Shown: positions 1 through 9,160, counted from the stretch's first letter. The stretch: DNA of 64,000 nucleotides from a virus (IMGVR_UViG_3300009151_000061:1-64000); one strand, 5' to 3'. A program made the numbers and translations. Notes: a model not told the origin generated them from the sequence alone.

Positions 1-453
1 AGATCTGGTGTTATATATCACGCTTATAATCTATTTCCACGCGTTATACCTACAGTTGATATTGCTCCTCTAAATGAGGACTCTACTCAGGTTCTTTTAG
101 CGAAGAAATATGAGGAAGATAAGTTTAGATTTATAGGTGGGTTCGTATTACCAAGTGATTCAAGTATTACAACATCACTTAGAAGAGTTTACTATAAAGA
201 AACAGGTGGAAACTCTGAACCCAATGATTTCAAGTTCTTGGATCAAGTTAAGATAGAAGACTGGAGATACAGGGGAGAGGACGATAAAGTAATGACTTCA
301 TTCTATACTTGTAAAAGATCTTGGGGTTCAATAACTCCTTCTGATGATATTATGGAGTTAAAATGGGTGGATATTGATGAGAAGTGGATGAAAGATAATA
401 TGGTAGAAGAACATTCAACTTTAATTGATATTTTATTCAGTTTTCTTAAATAA
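1..453 (+). CDS. C-terminal Nudix domain of a probable bifunctional NMN adenylyltransferase/Nudix protein (NadM-Nudix type), 5' truncated by window edge
   Basis: Frame 1 is open from base 1: RSGVIY...PTVDIA...LLAKK...FRFIGGFVLPSD...KETGG...IEDWRYR...SDDIMELKW. Lies directly upstream of NAMPT. The NMNAT domain is inferred to be outside the window. Confidence 0.75.
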   Translation, partial: RSGVIYHAYNLFPRVIPTVDIAPLNEDSTQVLLAKKYEEDKFRFIGGFVLPSDSSITTSLRRVYYKETGGNSEPNDFKFLDQVKIEDWRYRGEDDKVMTSFYTCKRSWGSITPSDDIMELKWVDIDEKWMKDNMVEEHSTLIDILFSFLK

Positions 454-478
454 AAAATAAAAATAAACAAAATTGTTG

Positions 479-486
479 TACCTTTG
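479..486 (+). promoter_or_regulatory. Bacteroidota-type -7 promoter element (TAnnTTTG) upstream of tRNA
   Basis: TACCTTTG 13 nt before the tRNA. Confidence 0.55.
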
Positions 487-499
487 TATAAGTAAAGAA

Positions 500-583
500 G
501 CGGGGGTGTTGTAATGGTAGCCAAGAGGGACTTAAAATCCCTTGTTCTGAAAGAACGTGTGGGTTCGAGTCCCACCCTCCGCA
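500..583 (+). tRNA. tRNA-Leu (anticodon TAA), long variable arm, CCA not encoded
   Basis: Acceptor GCGGGGG/CCTCCGC-A; anticodon arm AGGGA-CTTAAAA-TCCCT; T arm GTGGG-TTCGAGT-CCCAC. Confidence 0.95.
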
Positions 584-602
584 CAAATCAAATCATAATA
601 CT

Positions 603-2027
603 ATGAGCAATAACATTTGTACCATGAGTGATAGTTATAAAGCTACTCACTGGAAACAATATCCTAAAGGAACCACAAAAGTTTATTCTTATCTTGAGTC
701 TCGTGGTGGTAAGTTCAACAATACACTTTTCTATGGTCTTCAATATTTTATCAAAAAGTATCTTGCCGGTCAAGTAGTAACCGAAGACAAAATACAAAGA
801 GCTAAAAAATTATGGGATGCTCACCTCGGACCTGGTCTTTTCAACGAAGCTGGTTGGAGACATATCCTCACCGTACATGGTGGTAAACTCCCTATAAAAA
901 TTAAAGCTGTTCCAGAAGGACTAAACATACCAGTAAAAAATGTCTTAATGACCGTTGAGAATACTGATGACCAAGTTCCTTGGTTAACAAACTATATTGA
1001 AACCTTACTTTTACAAGTATGGTACCCGACTACCGTCTCTACTTTATCAAGAGAAATTAAGAAAGTACTCATCAAGTATCTTCAAAAGACTACTTCTTAT
1101 ACAAAAGAAGAAATAAAGGGTATAGTCAACTTTATGTTACACGACTTTGGTTATCGTGGTGTATCTTCTGTTGAAAGTGCTGGTCTTGGTGGTTCAGCTC
1201 ATATCATCAACTTTATGGGTACTGATACTGTTGCAGCTATTGAAATGGCTCAAGAGTTTTATAATACCAATAACATCTTAGCCTTCTCTATCCCAGCTTC
1301 TGAACACTCTACGATTACATCTTGGGGTGAACCTAATGAAGTAAAAGCAATGGAGAATATGTTGGATCAATATCCTACAGGTCTTGTAGCTTGTGTATCT
1401 GACTCATTTGATATCATCAAAGCTTGTGGTATGTATTGGGGTGGAGTTCTTAGAACTAAAATCCTTCAAAGGGATGGTAGACTTGTAGTTCGTCCTGACA
1501 GTGGAGACCCAGTTCAAACATTGAAACAAGTATTTAATATTCTTTGGAATCGTTTCGGTGGTACTACCAACGAAAAAGGTTTCAAGGTACTTGACCCACA
1601 CATTCGTGTAATACAAGGTGATGGGGTTAACTATGAGTCAATCATAGAAATATTGGATATGATGGTTAATGAAGGATTCTCTGTTGAGAACATTGCATTC
1701 GGTATGGGTGGAGCACTCTTACAGAAGGTAGATAGGGATACTCAGAAGTTCGCCTTCAAGTGTTCAAGTATCATAATCAATGGAGAAGAAGCTGACGTTC
1801 AGAAGAACCCTATTGAGATTGATGCTAACGGTCAGAGAGTTCAAAGTTTCAAGAAATCAAAAGCTGGTCGATTGAAACTTATGAAGGATACTGAGGGTAA
1901 CTTCTACACACAAGAACATTCCCACGACGAGGAAGGGGATTGTTTAATCACTGTATTCTTAAATGGTGACATTCTTAAAGAATGGACGTTTGAGGAAATC
2001 CGTGAAAGAGCAGAACTCGACTTCTAA
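603..2027 (+). CDS. nadV: Nicotinamide phosphoribosyltransferase (NAMPT)
   Basis: Motifs DSYKATHWKQYP, LHDFGYRG, SIPASEHS, VSDSFD, VVRPDSGDP, IQGDG, FGMGGALLQ. Confidence 0.95.
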   Translation: MSNNICTMSDSYKATHWKQYPKGTTKVYSYLESRGGKFNNTLFYGLQYFIKKYLAGQVVTEDKIQRAKKLWDAHLGPGLFNEAGWRHILTVHGGKLPIKIKAVPEGLNIPVKNVLMTVENTDDQVPWLTNYIETLLLQVWYPTTVSTLSREIKKVLIKYLQKTTSYTKEEIKGIVNFMLHDFGYRGVSSVESAGLGGSAHIINFMGTDTVAAIEMAQEFYNTNNILAFSIPASEHSTITSWGEPNEVKAMENMLDQYPTGLVACVSDSFDIIKACGMYWGGVLRTKILQRDGRLVVRPDSGDPVQTLKQVFNILWNRFGGTTNEKGFKVLDPHIRVIQGDGVNYESIIEILDMMVNEGFSVENIAFGMGGALLQKVDRDTQKFAFKCSSIIINGEEADVQKNPIEIDANGQRVQSFKKSKAGRLKLMKDTEGNFYTQEHSHDEEGDCLITVFLNGDILKEWTFEEIRERAELDF

Positions 2028-2053
2028 AAAAGAGACCTTCGGGTCTCTTTTTT
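2026..2053 (+). terminator. Intrinsic terminator
   Basis: AAAAAAGAGACC-TTCG-GGTCTCTTTTTT. Confidence 0.9.
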
Positions 2054-2091
2054 GTTTTAAAACAAATCATAGTTGAGAACATAAAAGAGAT

Positions 2092-2865
2092 ATGGCAACT
2101 AAACTATCCTTAAAATTTAATAAATCGAAGTTTTCCGATCTTGTAGATAAGTTACAAGACCTAACCTCTATTGAAGACGTTATCAAACTTAAAATACAAA
2201 AAGATACCACTCTTATCTACACAATGTTAAGTAGTGAAACACAAGTATTAGCTCTTAAAAGTTATCTAATAAATACATCAGATTATATTGAAAACTTTAA
2301 TGAAGACACCACATTTGACTTTATTATTACCTCAGCTCCAAGATTTGTAAAGAATCTAAAATTCTTTACAAGTGATAACCCAATCAAAATGGATATTATT
2401 TACAAACCTCAACCAGAAGATGAAGAAACAATGCACGTTAGATCAGCTCAGTTTACGAATGGTAAGTTGAAAATTTCGTGTGTAGGTGGTGAGGAGTATA
2501 AGATTAAGGATATTAAAAAAGAACTCTTAAATCAAAGATTAAATATCAAGAACTCTAAATGGGATTTCAAGATATCCCAATCCGATTTTAACGATGTTAA
2601 AAAACTTTGTTCTATTAATAATGAAGAAAGGATTTTAAACATATCAGTAACAGATGGTTTAGTTACTATGAATGAATCTGCTAAATGGGAGTTAGAAATA
2701 GACACAATCACTCCAATGAATACCAATCTAATCTTTGGTAAGAAATACCTATCAAATATAAATGATGGAGACTTTATTCAGTTTTATGTATTTGAAACCT
2801 TTATCTTAGTTAAAGATGATATATCAAATTTGATGCTTAGCTTTGAGACAAACTTTGATGATTAA
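2092..2865 (+). CDS. Putative DNA sliding clamp (gp45/PCNA-like)
   Basis: 257 aa with a two-domain alpha/beta pattern typical of clamps; replication-class promoter upstream; no decisive motif. Confidence 0.45.
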   Translation: MATKLSLKFNKSKFSDLVDKLQDLTSIEDVIKLKIQKDTTLIYTMLSSETQVLALKSYLINTSDYIENFNEDTTFDFIITSAPRFVKNLKFFTSDNPIKMDIIYKPQPEDEETMHVRSAQFTNGKLKISCVGGEEYKIKDIKKELLNQRLNIKNSKWDFKISQSDFNDVKKLCSINNEERILNISVTDGLVTMNESAKWELEIDTITPMNTNLIFGKKYLSNINDGDFIQFYVFETFILVKDDISNLMLSFETNFDD

Positions 2866-3608
2866 TCACTTCTTTTATTTCCTTTAGAAATATTTTCCCT
2901 CCAGAAAAGCGGTTGAAAATTAGTATAATGGTTCAATTTATATATATCTTCCTCAGTCTCAGCCCAACTGATTGGGGTTTTATGGTCTAATTGCCAATAA
3001 GTAGCATAGTTCTCCCAACACATCTCCTCCGTGAATTGCGACTCAATATAAACTTTAAACTCCTCAAAAGAGCAACCTAATATCTGTACTGTCTTTTTTG
3101 ATTTTTGTGTATATCGAGATTTAAAAGATTGTGATATTAGTGTTCTTATAGAACAAGTAAGTCTATATAAAGGATTATTTTTCTTTTTATTTCTAACATA
3201 CTCCCTGTTTAATGAATTGAAATATTCTTTCTTCTCATTCCTCTTTTTCCTTCTTCTTTCATTTACAAATTCTTTGTTATCTTTATTATAGTCACTAATT
3301 CTTTTTTTCACCCTTTCTTTATTATTCTGATACCATATTTTCTTTTTTTCACTAATATCTTTTTTATTTTGATCCCTATAGTTTCTATGGTAATCTTCAT
3401 CATATTTCTCAGAATTATATTTACTTTTATATTCTTTTATTTTTTCTAAATTTTCATCATAATAACTTCTCACCCTTTCTTTAATAATATCCTTGTTTTT
3501 TTGATAATATTTTTTTCTGTATTCTTTAATACATGATTTACATTTTTTACCTCTTTTTGGAAATTCAGATATTTCTTTCTCAACCAAGCAGAAATTACAT
3601 CTCACCAT
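2862..3608 (-). CDS. Free-standing HNH-type endonuclease (zinc-finger, Lys-rich helical repeat, HNH-like C-terminus)
   Basis: CxxC...CxxC; ILGCSFEEFK; WQLDHKTP...NHYTNFQPL...N; paralogue of 29544 and 50775. Confidence 0.8.
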   Translation of the reverse strand: MVRCNFCLVEKEISEFPKRGKKCKSCIKEYRKKYYQKNKDIIKERVRSYYDENLEKIKEYKSKYNSEKYDEDYHRNYRDQNKKDISEKKKIWYQNNKERVKKRISDYNKDNKEFVNERRRKKRNEKKEYFNSLNREYVRNKKKNNPLYRLTCSIRTLISQSFKSRYTQKSKKTVQILGCSFEEFKVYIESQFTEEMCWENYATYWQLDHKTPISWAETEEDIYKLNHYTNFQPLFWRENISKGNKRSD

Positions 3609-3714
3609 AATATTCTTTTTTATTTATATATTAAATATAATGTCTTTCGAGCAAGATTTGTCCTAAGATGTTTCAGAAATTAAATTGGATTATATAGTTT
3701 AATATATACCTTTG

Positions 3715-4578
3715 ATGAAACACCTTAAACATTTTGAAGCTGTGCATTACGGGGATAAACATTTTGGTCAACTAATCAAGGATTACTTTCCTTGGTATAA
3801 CTATACTCGTTCACTTAACAATTTACCAGAAGTAAATAAGTTAATGAATGATACATTCCGCAACTCTCTACCCGAAGATTTAATCAATTTGACTTTCCTA
3901 TGGGGAGATCAAAATAATGGATATTATCATGTAATAATGGGTAGAACTCGATCATTTTATCAAACTGATAGTTTATTGATTGATCCTCAGGAACATGAAG
4001 CTATAGTTTCACTATACTCTCACCACTCCGAAGGAGATAGTTATCATACAAGAACTGAACATGAAGTTGATGATTGGGATGATGTTGAGAAGTTGAGACT
4101 TATGCACACTCTTGGTAGAAAGACTTTAGCTGAGAAATATTGGAATGTAAAATCACAAATACTAGAGTTATTTGATTATCTTCTCTATGAAATAGAAGAC
4201 AATGACTCTAACCCAAATGATATTTATATCTCTGATTTCAAATACTTAATGGATAAAGAAGGTATATCTCCCGATTATATATCAAATCCAAGAAATGTAA
4301 CTGATGAAGATGTTTACCTTTTTGTTAAGGATTATCAAGGTAGTGAGAATTTCTTTCATTCATTAGGATCTTATTTACAAAAAAATGGTAAACTAACGGA
4401 ACGTCAAATAGACGCTTGTAGAAAAACAGTTTCACAAGATTTTGTCAAAAATAAAATGGCAAATAAAATAGGAATGGTATTTAGGTATGCTAATCCTAAC
4501 ATGCCTACTATCCTAAGACTTAAAAGTAAAGGATACTTCGTATTGGATATTGAAGGTTTAATAATCGTTTATAAATAA
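3715..4578 (+). CDS. Hypothetical protein with MKHLKHFE N-terminal tag
   Basis: ATG at 3715 after late-type motif at 3699. Confidence 0.7.
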   Translation: MKHLKHFEAVHYGDKHFGQLIKDYFPWYNYTRSLNNLPEVNKLMNDTFRNSLPEDLINLTFLWGDQNNGYYHVIMGRTRSFYQTDSLLIDPQEHEAIVSLYSHHSEGDSYHTRTEHEVDDWDDVEKLRLMHTLGRKTLAEKYWNVKSQILELFDYLLYEIEDNDSNPNDIYISDFKYLMDKEGISPDYISNPRNVTDEDVYLFVKDYQGSENFFHSLGSYLQKNGKLTERQIDACRKTVSQDFVKNKMANKIGMVFRYANPNMPTILRLKSKGYFVLDIEGLIIVYK

Positions 4579-4586
4579 AATAATAT

Positions 4587-4766
4587 ATGGAAAATGTACT
4601 TAATTTTGAGGACTTCGTAAACGAATCCTATAACAAACCAAGAAAGGGAATGAAAAGACGTTGGAGCGTCAAATATAAGAAATCTATTAACTGCTCTAAT
4701 CCAAAAGGATTTTCCCAGAAAAATTACTGTAGAAGAAAAAAGAGAGGTGGTGGGTATAAGTCTTAA
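4587..4766 (+). CDS. Small basic hypothetical protein (59 aa), absent from ORF track
   Basis: MENVLNFEDFVNES...RRWSVKYKKSINCSNPKGFSQKNYCRRKKRGGGYKS*; fills the intergenic gap exactly. Confidence 0.75.
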   Translation: MENVLNFEDFVNESYNKPRKGMKRRWSVKYKKSINCSNPKGFSQKNYCRRKKRGGGYKS

Positions 4767-4767
4767 A

Positions 4768-5496
4768 CTACTTTATGAAATCCTCAAATTTTATCACCGA
4801 TTCTTTTAACATCATATCAAACTCCTTATCAAAATCTTTTGGATCCTGTTTATATCCTGATTTAGATTCATCTAATGCATCCTCCGTCCATTGATAAGAC
4901 CAAAATAAACTATCCGGTATTTTGAACCCAAAGAAGGTTAAAACCTTCTTTTCTAGTTTAATAGCTTCCACACCATTCCAGTTATGACCAACTGATACAA
5001 CACCTACTTCTATATCTTCAATTATATTCTTCTCACCCAGAGTTGCCCATCTGTTTTCAAGCCAAGTTAATCTCTCAACCAATTTTGAATAAACAGCATT
5101 CATCTTACCCCATCTTATAGACCCAAAAAATATGACTGTGTCAGATGTTAATAACTCATTTACTACTTTATATAACTCATCATCACTATTATTAAATGAA
5201 GCCCAACACCTTAATTCACCGGTTTTATCCTTAACACTTTTCAATAAAGCTTCCTTTACACCACATCCATTACCACTCCTACCACTAACATTACCCTCAC
5301 ATTGATGAATGTTTAACTTAGATACATCTATAATAGTAACAACACTTTTACCCAACTCTTCTTGCATCTTATAAGCAAGAGCCGATGATTTAGGAATCTC
5401 ATCATGACCATCCCATCTATTTGAAGTTAAAAGAAAAAGTATTTTTTCTTTTCCTCTAAGGTGACTTATCGTTTTATCGTATTTAATTTTAGACAT
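4768..5496 (-). CDS. Flavodoxin-fold / NADPH-dependent FMN reductase family protein
   Basis: LLTSNR...KSSALA, LNIHQCEG, SDTVIFFGSIRWG, GHNWNG. Confidence 0.75.
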   Translation of the reverse strand: MSKIKYDKTISHLRGKEKILFLLTSNRWDGHDEIPKSSALAYKMQEELGKSVVTIIDVSKLNIHQCEGNVSGRSGNGCGVKEALLKSVKDKTGELRCWASFNNSDDELYKVVNELLTSDTVIFFGSIRWGKMNAVYSKLVERLTWLENRWATLGEKNIIEDIEVGVVSVGHNWNGVEAIKLEKKVLTFFGFKIPDSLFWSYQWTEDALDESKSGYKQDPKDFDKEFDMMLKESVIKFEDFIK

Positions 5497-5906
5497 TACT
5501 TAACTAATTTTTTATCTTCTAGGAACTTCATTAGACCTTCCCACTGGTCACATTTGTAATAATCAAATCTACTTCCAACAGATTGGTACTTTTGCTCACA
5601 CACATACCACCACTCATCCTTAACCTTATTAAAGAAATAAACTTTATCCGAGAAGCCTGAAGAAATGTGGTCTCCAAATCCAACTTCTATACAAGTATTA
5701 TTAAATAATAGAGAAAGATAATTTTTATCAACTATGTTATCCTCAAAAAAATAATACTCCTTATCAGTTATCTTCTCAAGACTTTCATATTCTCTAGTTA
5801 ATAAGTTTCTTCTATCTTTAGACGTTTTTTCATCATATTCATCTATACCAATCTCTTGATAAAAATCCTCTCTATTAAACGCCTCGTATAACTTTAAATA
5901 TAACAT
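5496..5906 (-). CDS. Hypothetical protein, DEWWY...YKCDQWEGL family
   Basis: Likely start MLYLKLYEAF at 5906 after late motif at 5914-5923; paralogue of 48746. Confidence 0.7.
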   Translation of the reverse strand: MLYLKLYEAFNREDFYQEIGIDEYDEKTSKDRRNLLTREYESLEKITDKEYYFFEDNIVDKNYLSLLFNNTCIEVGFGDHISSGFSDKVYFFNKVKDEWWYVCEQKYQSVGSRFDYYKCDQWEGLMKFLEDKKLVK

Positions 5907-5919
5907 ATAAGTGTATATA

Positions 5920-6687
5920 TTAAATCTCAAAATCAATCATATCACGCTTAGCAGAGTTTATACATCTCTTGGTTATACACAAATTAGATATGTCCGCAAT
6001 CTCCGAAGCCGGTATATTATTTTTGAAACCATAATAAACAGATCTTTTATGATCTATAGTTGGGTATCCATTAGATATTGGAGAATCATTAATATAACAT
6101 TTTATATACTCACCATCATAATAATCTTTACCATCCCAATTTTCATACAGTACCTTACTTGATTTTCTTGTTAGTCTTCTTACCTCATTCTTGTAAATTC
6201 TAAAAGAAATTCTATTTATCTCAGTATATCTATCCTCTGACTTCTCCACATCAACAATACTACATTTACCTACTTTACATTTCTTACAAGTATAGATACC
6301 ATCTCTCTTTTTATTTGAAATATACTTGTTAAATTGTATGTTAACTACACTCCCACAGACTTCACATATTGGATCTACCCTTACATGAGATACACTTGGT
6401 AAGTCTAAAACATTTATTTTTAGTTTGTTATTTATTATAGCATTGTACCCCAATTTTAGGTAGTGAGTTACGTTTCTATATGAAATATTTATTTCAATGG
6501 ATTCGTTTAAGAACCCCCCATCATTTTTGTTAATCTCGATCTTTGATATAAAATCATTTTCCTCTTTTCTATCTCTATCCGATCTTTTGTAGATTTTTTC
6601 AGAACTTTTACAGTTTTTGGAGCAGTATTTTTTACAAGTCCGACCAACAACCACATTATTACACTTTCTATAATTACATATTCTCAT
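5920..6687 (-). CDS. Putative HNH homing endonuclease
   Basis: N-terminal Cys cluster, CEVC...CKKC, PTIDHKRS...NLCITKRCINSAK; likely start 6687. Confidence 0.7.
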   Translation of the reverse strand: MRICNYRKCNNVVVGRTCKKYCSKNCKSSEKIYKRSDRDRKEENDFISKIEINKNDGGFLNESIEINISYRNVTHYLKLGYNAIINNKLKINVLDLPSVSHVRVDPICEVCGSVVNIQFNKYISNKKRDGIYTCKKCKVGKCSIVDVEKSEDRYTEINRISFRIYKNEVRRLTRKSSKVLYENWDGKDYYDGEYIKCYINDSPISNGYPTIDHKRSVYYGFKNNIPASEIADISNLCITKRCINSAKRDMIDFEI

Positions 6688-6729
6688 ATGGTATATATAA
6701 AAAACAAAAGCTCCTGTTTTATACCCCAC

Positions 6730-6757
6730 TAACTTTTTATCTATATTTTAGTATAAA
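6730..6757 (+). promoter_or_regulatory. AAC-N18-TATAAA promoter upstream of polymerase gene
   Basis: TAAC (6730-33), 18 nt, TATAAA (6752-57); same spacing at about 10 loci. Confidence 0.6.
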
Positions 6758-6776
6758 TAAAAAAGAAAAATATTTC

Positions 6777-8010
6777 ATGACAAGGGAACAAAAGTTAGAA
6801 AAACTTGAGTCACTAAAAAACCAAGCGAGCGAGCTGAAGAGGGAAGTAGACTACTACAATTCCTTACAGCTCGCTCTTTTTGAACCCCCTCTGATTACTC
6901 AGAGGGGGTAAATGACTAAAATTAGTATTAAATGGGAGTTACGGAGCATTCGCTACGAGTTATTTCATCCTGTTTAACAATCATGTAGCGGGAACAATTA
7001 CGGCACAAGGTCGTACACTTACACAAACTATGCACAAGGTTAATGAGGACTATTGGTATAACCAATGGCACCTTGATACCGAGTTGCACCAAAAAATGAA
7101 TCTTAAAAACGTTACTCCAATTCAACGTGGTGAGGAAGTTAGTATTTATGCTGATACCGACTCATTATTCGTATCGTTTAAACCAGCGATGGATCACTGT
7201 GAATGGAAACATGCTTATTCTACAGAGTTAGAGTTTATACATGAGTTAGACAAACAACGTTATGCTGGATACTTCAAGAAGTGTCTTGAGGAACACGCAG
7301 ATGAATATGGTGTTGATAACAAGCAGGATTTTGAGCTTGAACGTATATCAGAATCAATCATCAACATTGCTAAGAAGAAATATATTCAACATATCGTATT
7401 TGAGGACGGCATTCCATATGACCGTTTAACTTATATGTATCCTAAAGGAGTTGAACTTGTTCGATCTTCTACACCTCTTTTTGCAAGGGATAAGATTGTG
7501 GGTATTGTTAAATACTTATTTTCTAATCCGGACACGTTTAACATTAGGGAGTTATTAAAGCTAGTTAAGAACTTGAAGAAAGAATTTGATCTATGTGTAC
7601 CAGATAAGATTGACGAGATCTGTATGCAGTCTTCTGTTAATAAGTATGAAGAAAAAGTACTTCAAGATACACCGACTATAATAACGGTTCCCGGAGCTCA
7701 CTTCTCTGTTAAGTCTGCAGCTTATCATAATAACTTATTACATAAGAATAAAGCTTTACAGTCTAAGTATGAGTTTATTAAATCGGGTACAAAGATTAAG
7801 TATTATTACTGTAAGGATACTTCTATAAATGAGGTTTTTGCTTATACTCGTGGTTCTTATCCGATTGAGTTCGCGCCTCAGATAGACCTATCGACCCAGT
7901 TTGAGAAATGTATCTTATCACCTATTAACTCGATTATAGCACCACTTGGACTTCCGGAGATTACTAAAAGGTTGAGTGTTGTTATGGATATTTTTGGTAG
8001 TGGATTTTAA
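6777..8010 (+). CDS. Family B DNA polymerase, C-terminal subunit of a split (gp43B-like) enzyme, interrupted by a 40-nt insert
   Basis: 6777-6878 encodes MTREQ...YYNSLQLAL. 6919 onward, in another frame, encodes KLVLNGSYGAF...TITAQGR...YADTDS...AKKKY...KGVELVRSS. Joining them restores motif B; motif C is intact. No exonuclease domain or motif A. Confidence 0.9.
6879..6918 (+). other. 40-nt coding-gap insert with 11-bp hairpin; candidate translational bypass element
   Basis: TTTGA-ACCCCCTCTGA-TTAC-TCAGAGGGGGT-AAATGACTA; stops in all three frames (TGA 6881, TGA 6892/6913, TAA 6909). Confidence 0.8.
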
Positions 8011-8045
8011 TATAAAGCATTTAAAAATCTTAATATATACCCTTA

Positions 8046-8900
8046 ATGAAAAGATGGACGGAATTTCTTAACGAAAACTTATTTACACCGGTTAGTCAAC
8101 CGGATAGGGATTTGTTATATAGAAAGATTAACGAACTTAAAAGATGGTTGCATTTACCAGAGGGTTTAGATTTAAGAAATGTGATAGATAAGATATTCAG
8201 AGAATATGGATATGTGAATCAACTTACTCCAGAAGAGATAGAACAATTTGGTAAAGGGTTGGAATCTCTTAAGCTTACTGATATGTCTAACAGTTATATC
8301 ACTTGGAAGTTAAATCAAGCAATGCCGTATGGTATTGAGAAGTTGACTTTAGTTAGAGATGCTAATGGAGATTGGGATTTTTTAAATAAGTTAAATACTA
8401 ACTATACCGCACTCGCTGAGTTATTAACTGAATTAATAATGAGGGGTATAGAGTATAATAAAGAAAAGGGGATGGTAATCTATGAAAAGGTGATTGCTAA
8501 TCCACAAGAAGGATTGATGGGTATTAAGAAATACTTAGAAAGACTTATAGTTTTATATTTTATTGAAAGAGGTAAAGGATTGGATGATTTCCGAATGTTT
8601 ACTTTAAAGATAAAAGAACTATCAAAACTAGGTGAGGAAGCTGAGGAAACGATAGCTGAGTTACTCAGAGAGAATGGATTTGAGGTTGTTTACCAAGGTG
8701 GTAATGGAGACTTTATTGATATGATTTTTGGATGTGATATGATAGTAAAACATGAAAAGTGGGGTTATAAATCTGTTCAGGTTAAGAATAAGTTTCCTGG
8801 ATGGAAGTCATTATCCCATTATAAAGTAGACTGGCTGGGACTTGCTTATCCTAATATTGAGTTAATTGATTTTAAGACGCAACAACCGGTTCGTCTATAA
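8046..8900 (+). CDS. Hypothetical protein with C-terminal PD-(D/E)XK-like nuclease domain
   Basis: GEEAEE...GFEV...GCDMIV...SVQVK; N-terminal MKRWTEFLNE tag. Confidence 0.55.
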   Translation: MKRWTEFLNENLFTPVSQPDRDLLYRKINELKRWLHLPEGLDLRNVIDKIFREYGYVNQLTPEEIEQFGKGLESLKLTDMSNSYITWKLNQAMPYGIEKLTLVRDANGDWDFLNKLNTNYTALAELLTELIMRGIEYNKEKGMVIYEKVIANPQEGLMGIKKYLERLIVLYFIERGKGLDDFRMFTLKIKELSKLGEEAEETIAELLRENGFEVVYQGGNGDFIDMIFGCDMIVKHEKWGYKSVQVKNKFPGWKSLSHYKVDWLGLAYPNIELIDFKTQQPVRL

Positions 8901-8917
8901 ATTTTTTAACCATTTAA

Positions 8918-9160
8918 ATGATCAAAAATGACGAACTTTATCCTCTCTATATTGCTTATTTAGAGAGAAAAAATTTAAGTAAAGGAGCTCTGAGTTTATC
9001 AAAAATATCAGAGCAACTATTCTCCGAGTTTAAGGAGAAGTATATAAACTCACCTGGTTTTAGGGACAAACAAGATAAACTTTATCTAAACGTATCAAGG
9101 GATATAAAACTTGACTCTATATTAGAGGATGATTTTGATAAGTTTATGAATGATTTATGA
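8918..9160 (+). CDS. Hypothetical protein with RDIKLDSIL motif
   Basis: 80 aa ORF in operon-like run. Confidence 0.65.
   Translation: MIKNDELYPLYIAYLERKNLSKGALSLSKISEQLFSEFKEKYINSPGFRDKQDKLYLNVSRDIKLDSILEDDFDKFMNDL

Noticed and set aside
303-584. 93-aa minus-strand ORF
   Set aside because: Antisense shadow of the tRNA and the Nudix gene.
6884-6909. Polymerase hairpin as an intrinsic terminator
   Set aside because: No T-tract follows it on either strand.
6877-6915. Bulge-helix-bulge-like look (two TGA bulges around a TTT/AAA helix)
   Set aside because: The central helix is only 3 bp, and canonical cuts remove 32 nt, leaving an in-frame TAA.
6906-6936. Gene-60-like exact match: GGG followed by TAA (6906-6911) with a +1-frame GGG at 6934
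   Set aside because: This hop would delete the catalytic Lys and Asn of motif B, so it could not give an active polymerase.
7030-8010. Tracked ORF start at 7030 as the true polymerase start
   Set aside because: The frame is open to 6916 and encodes motif B upstream of this ATG.
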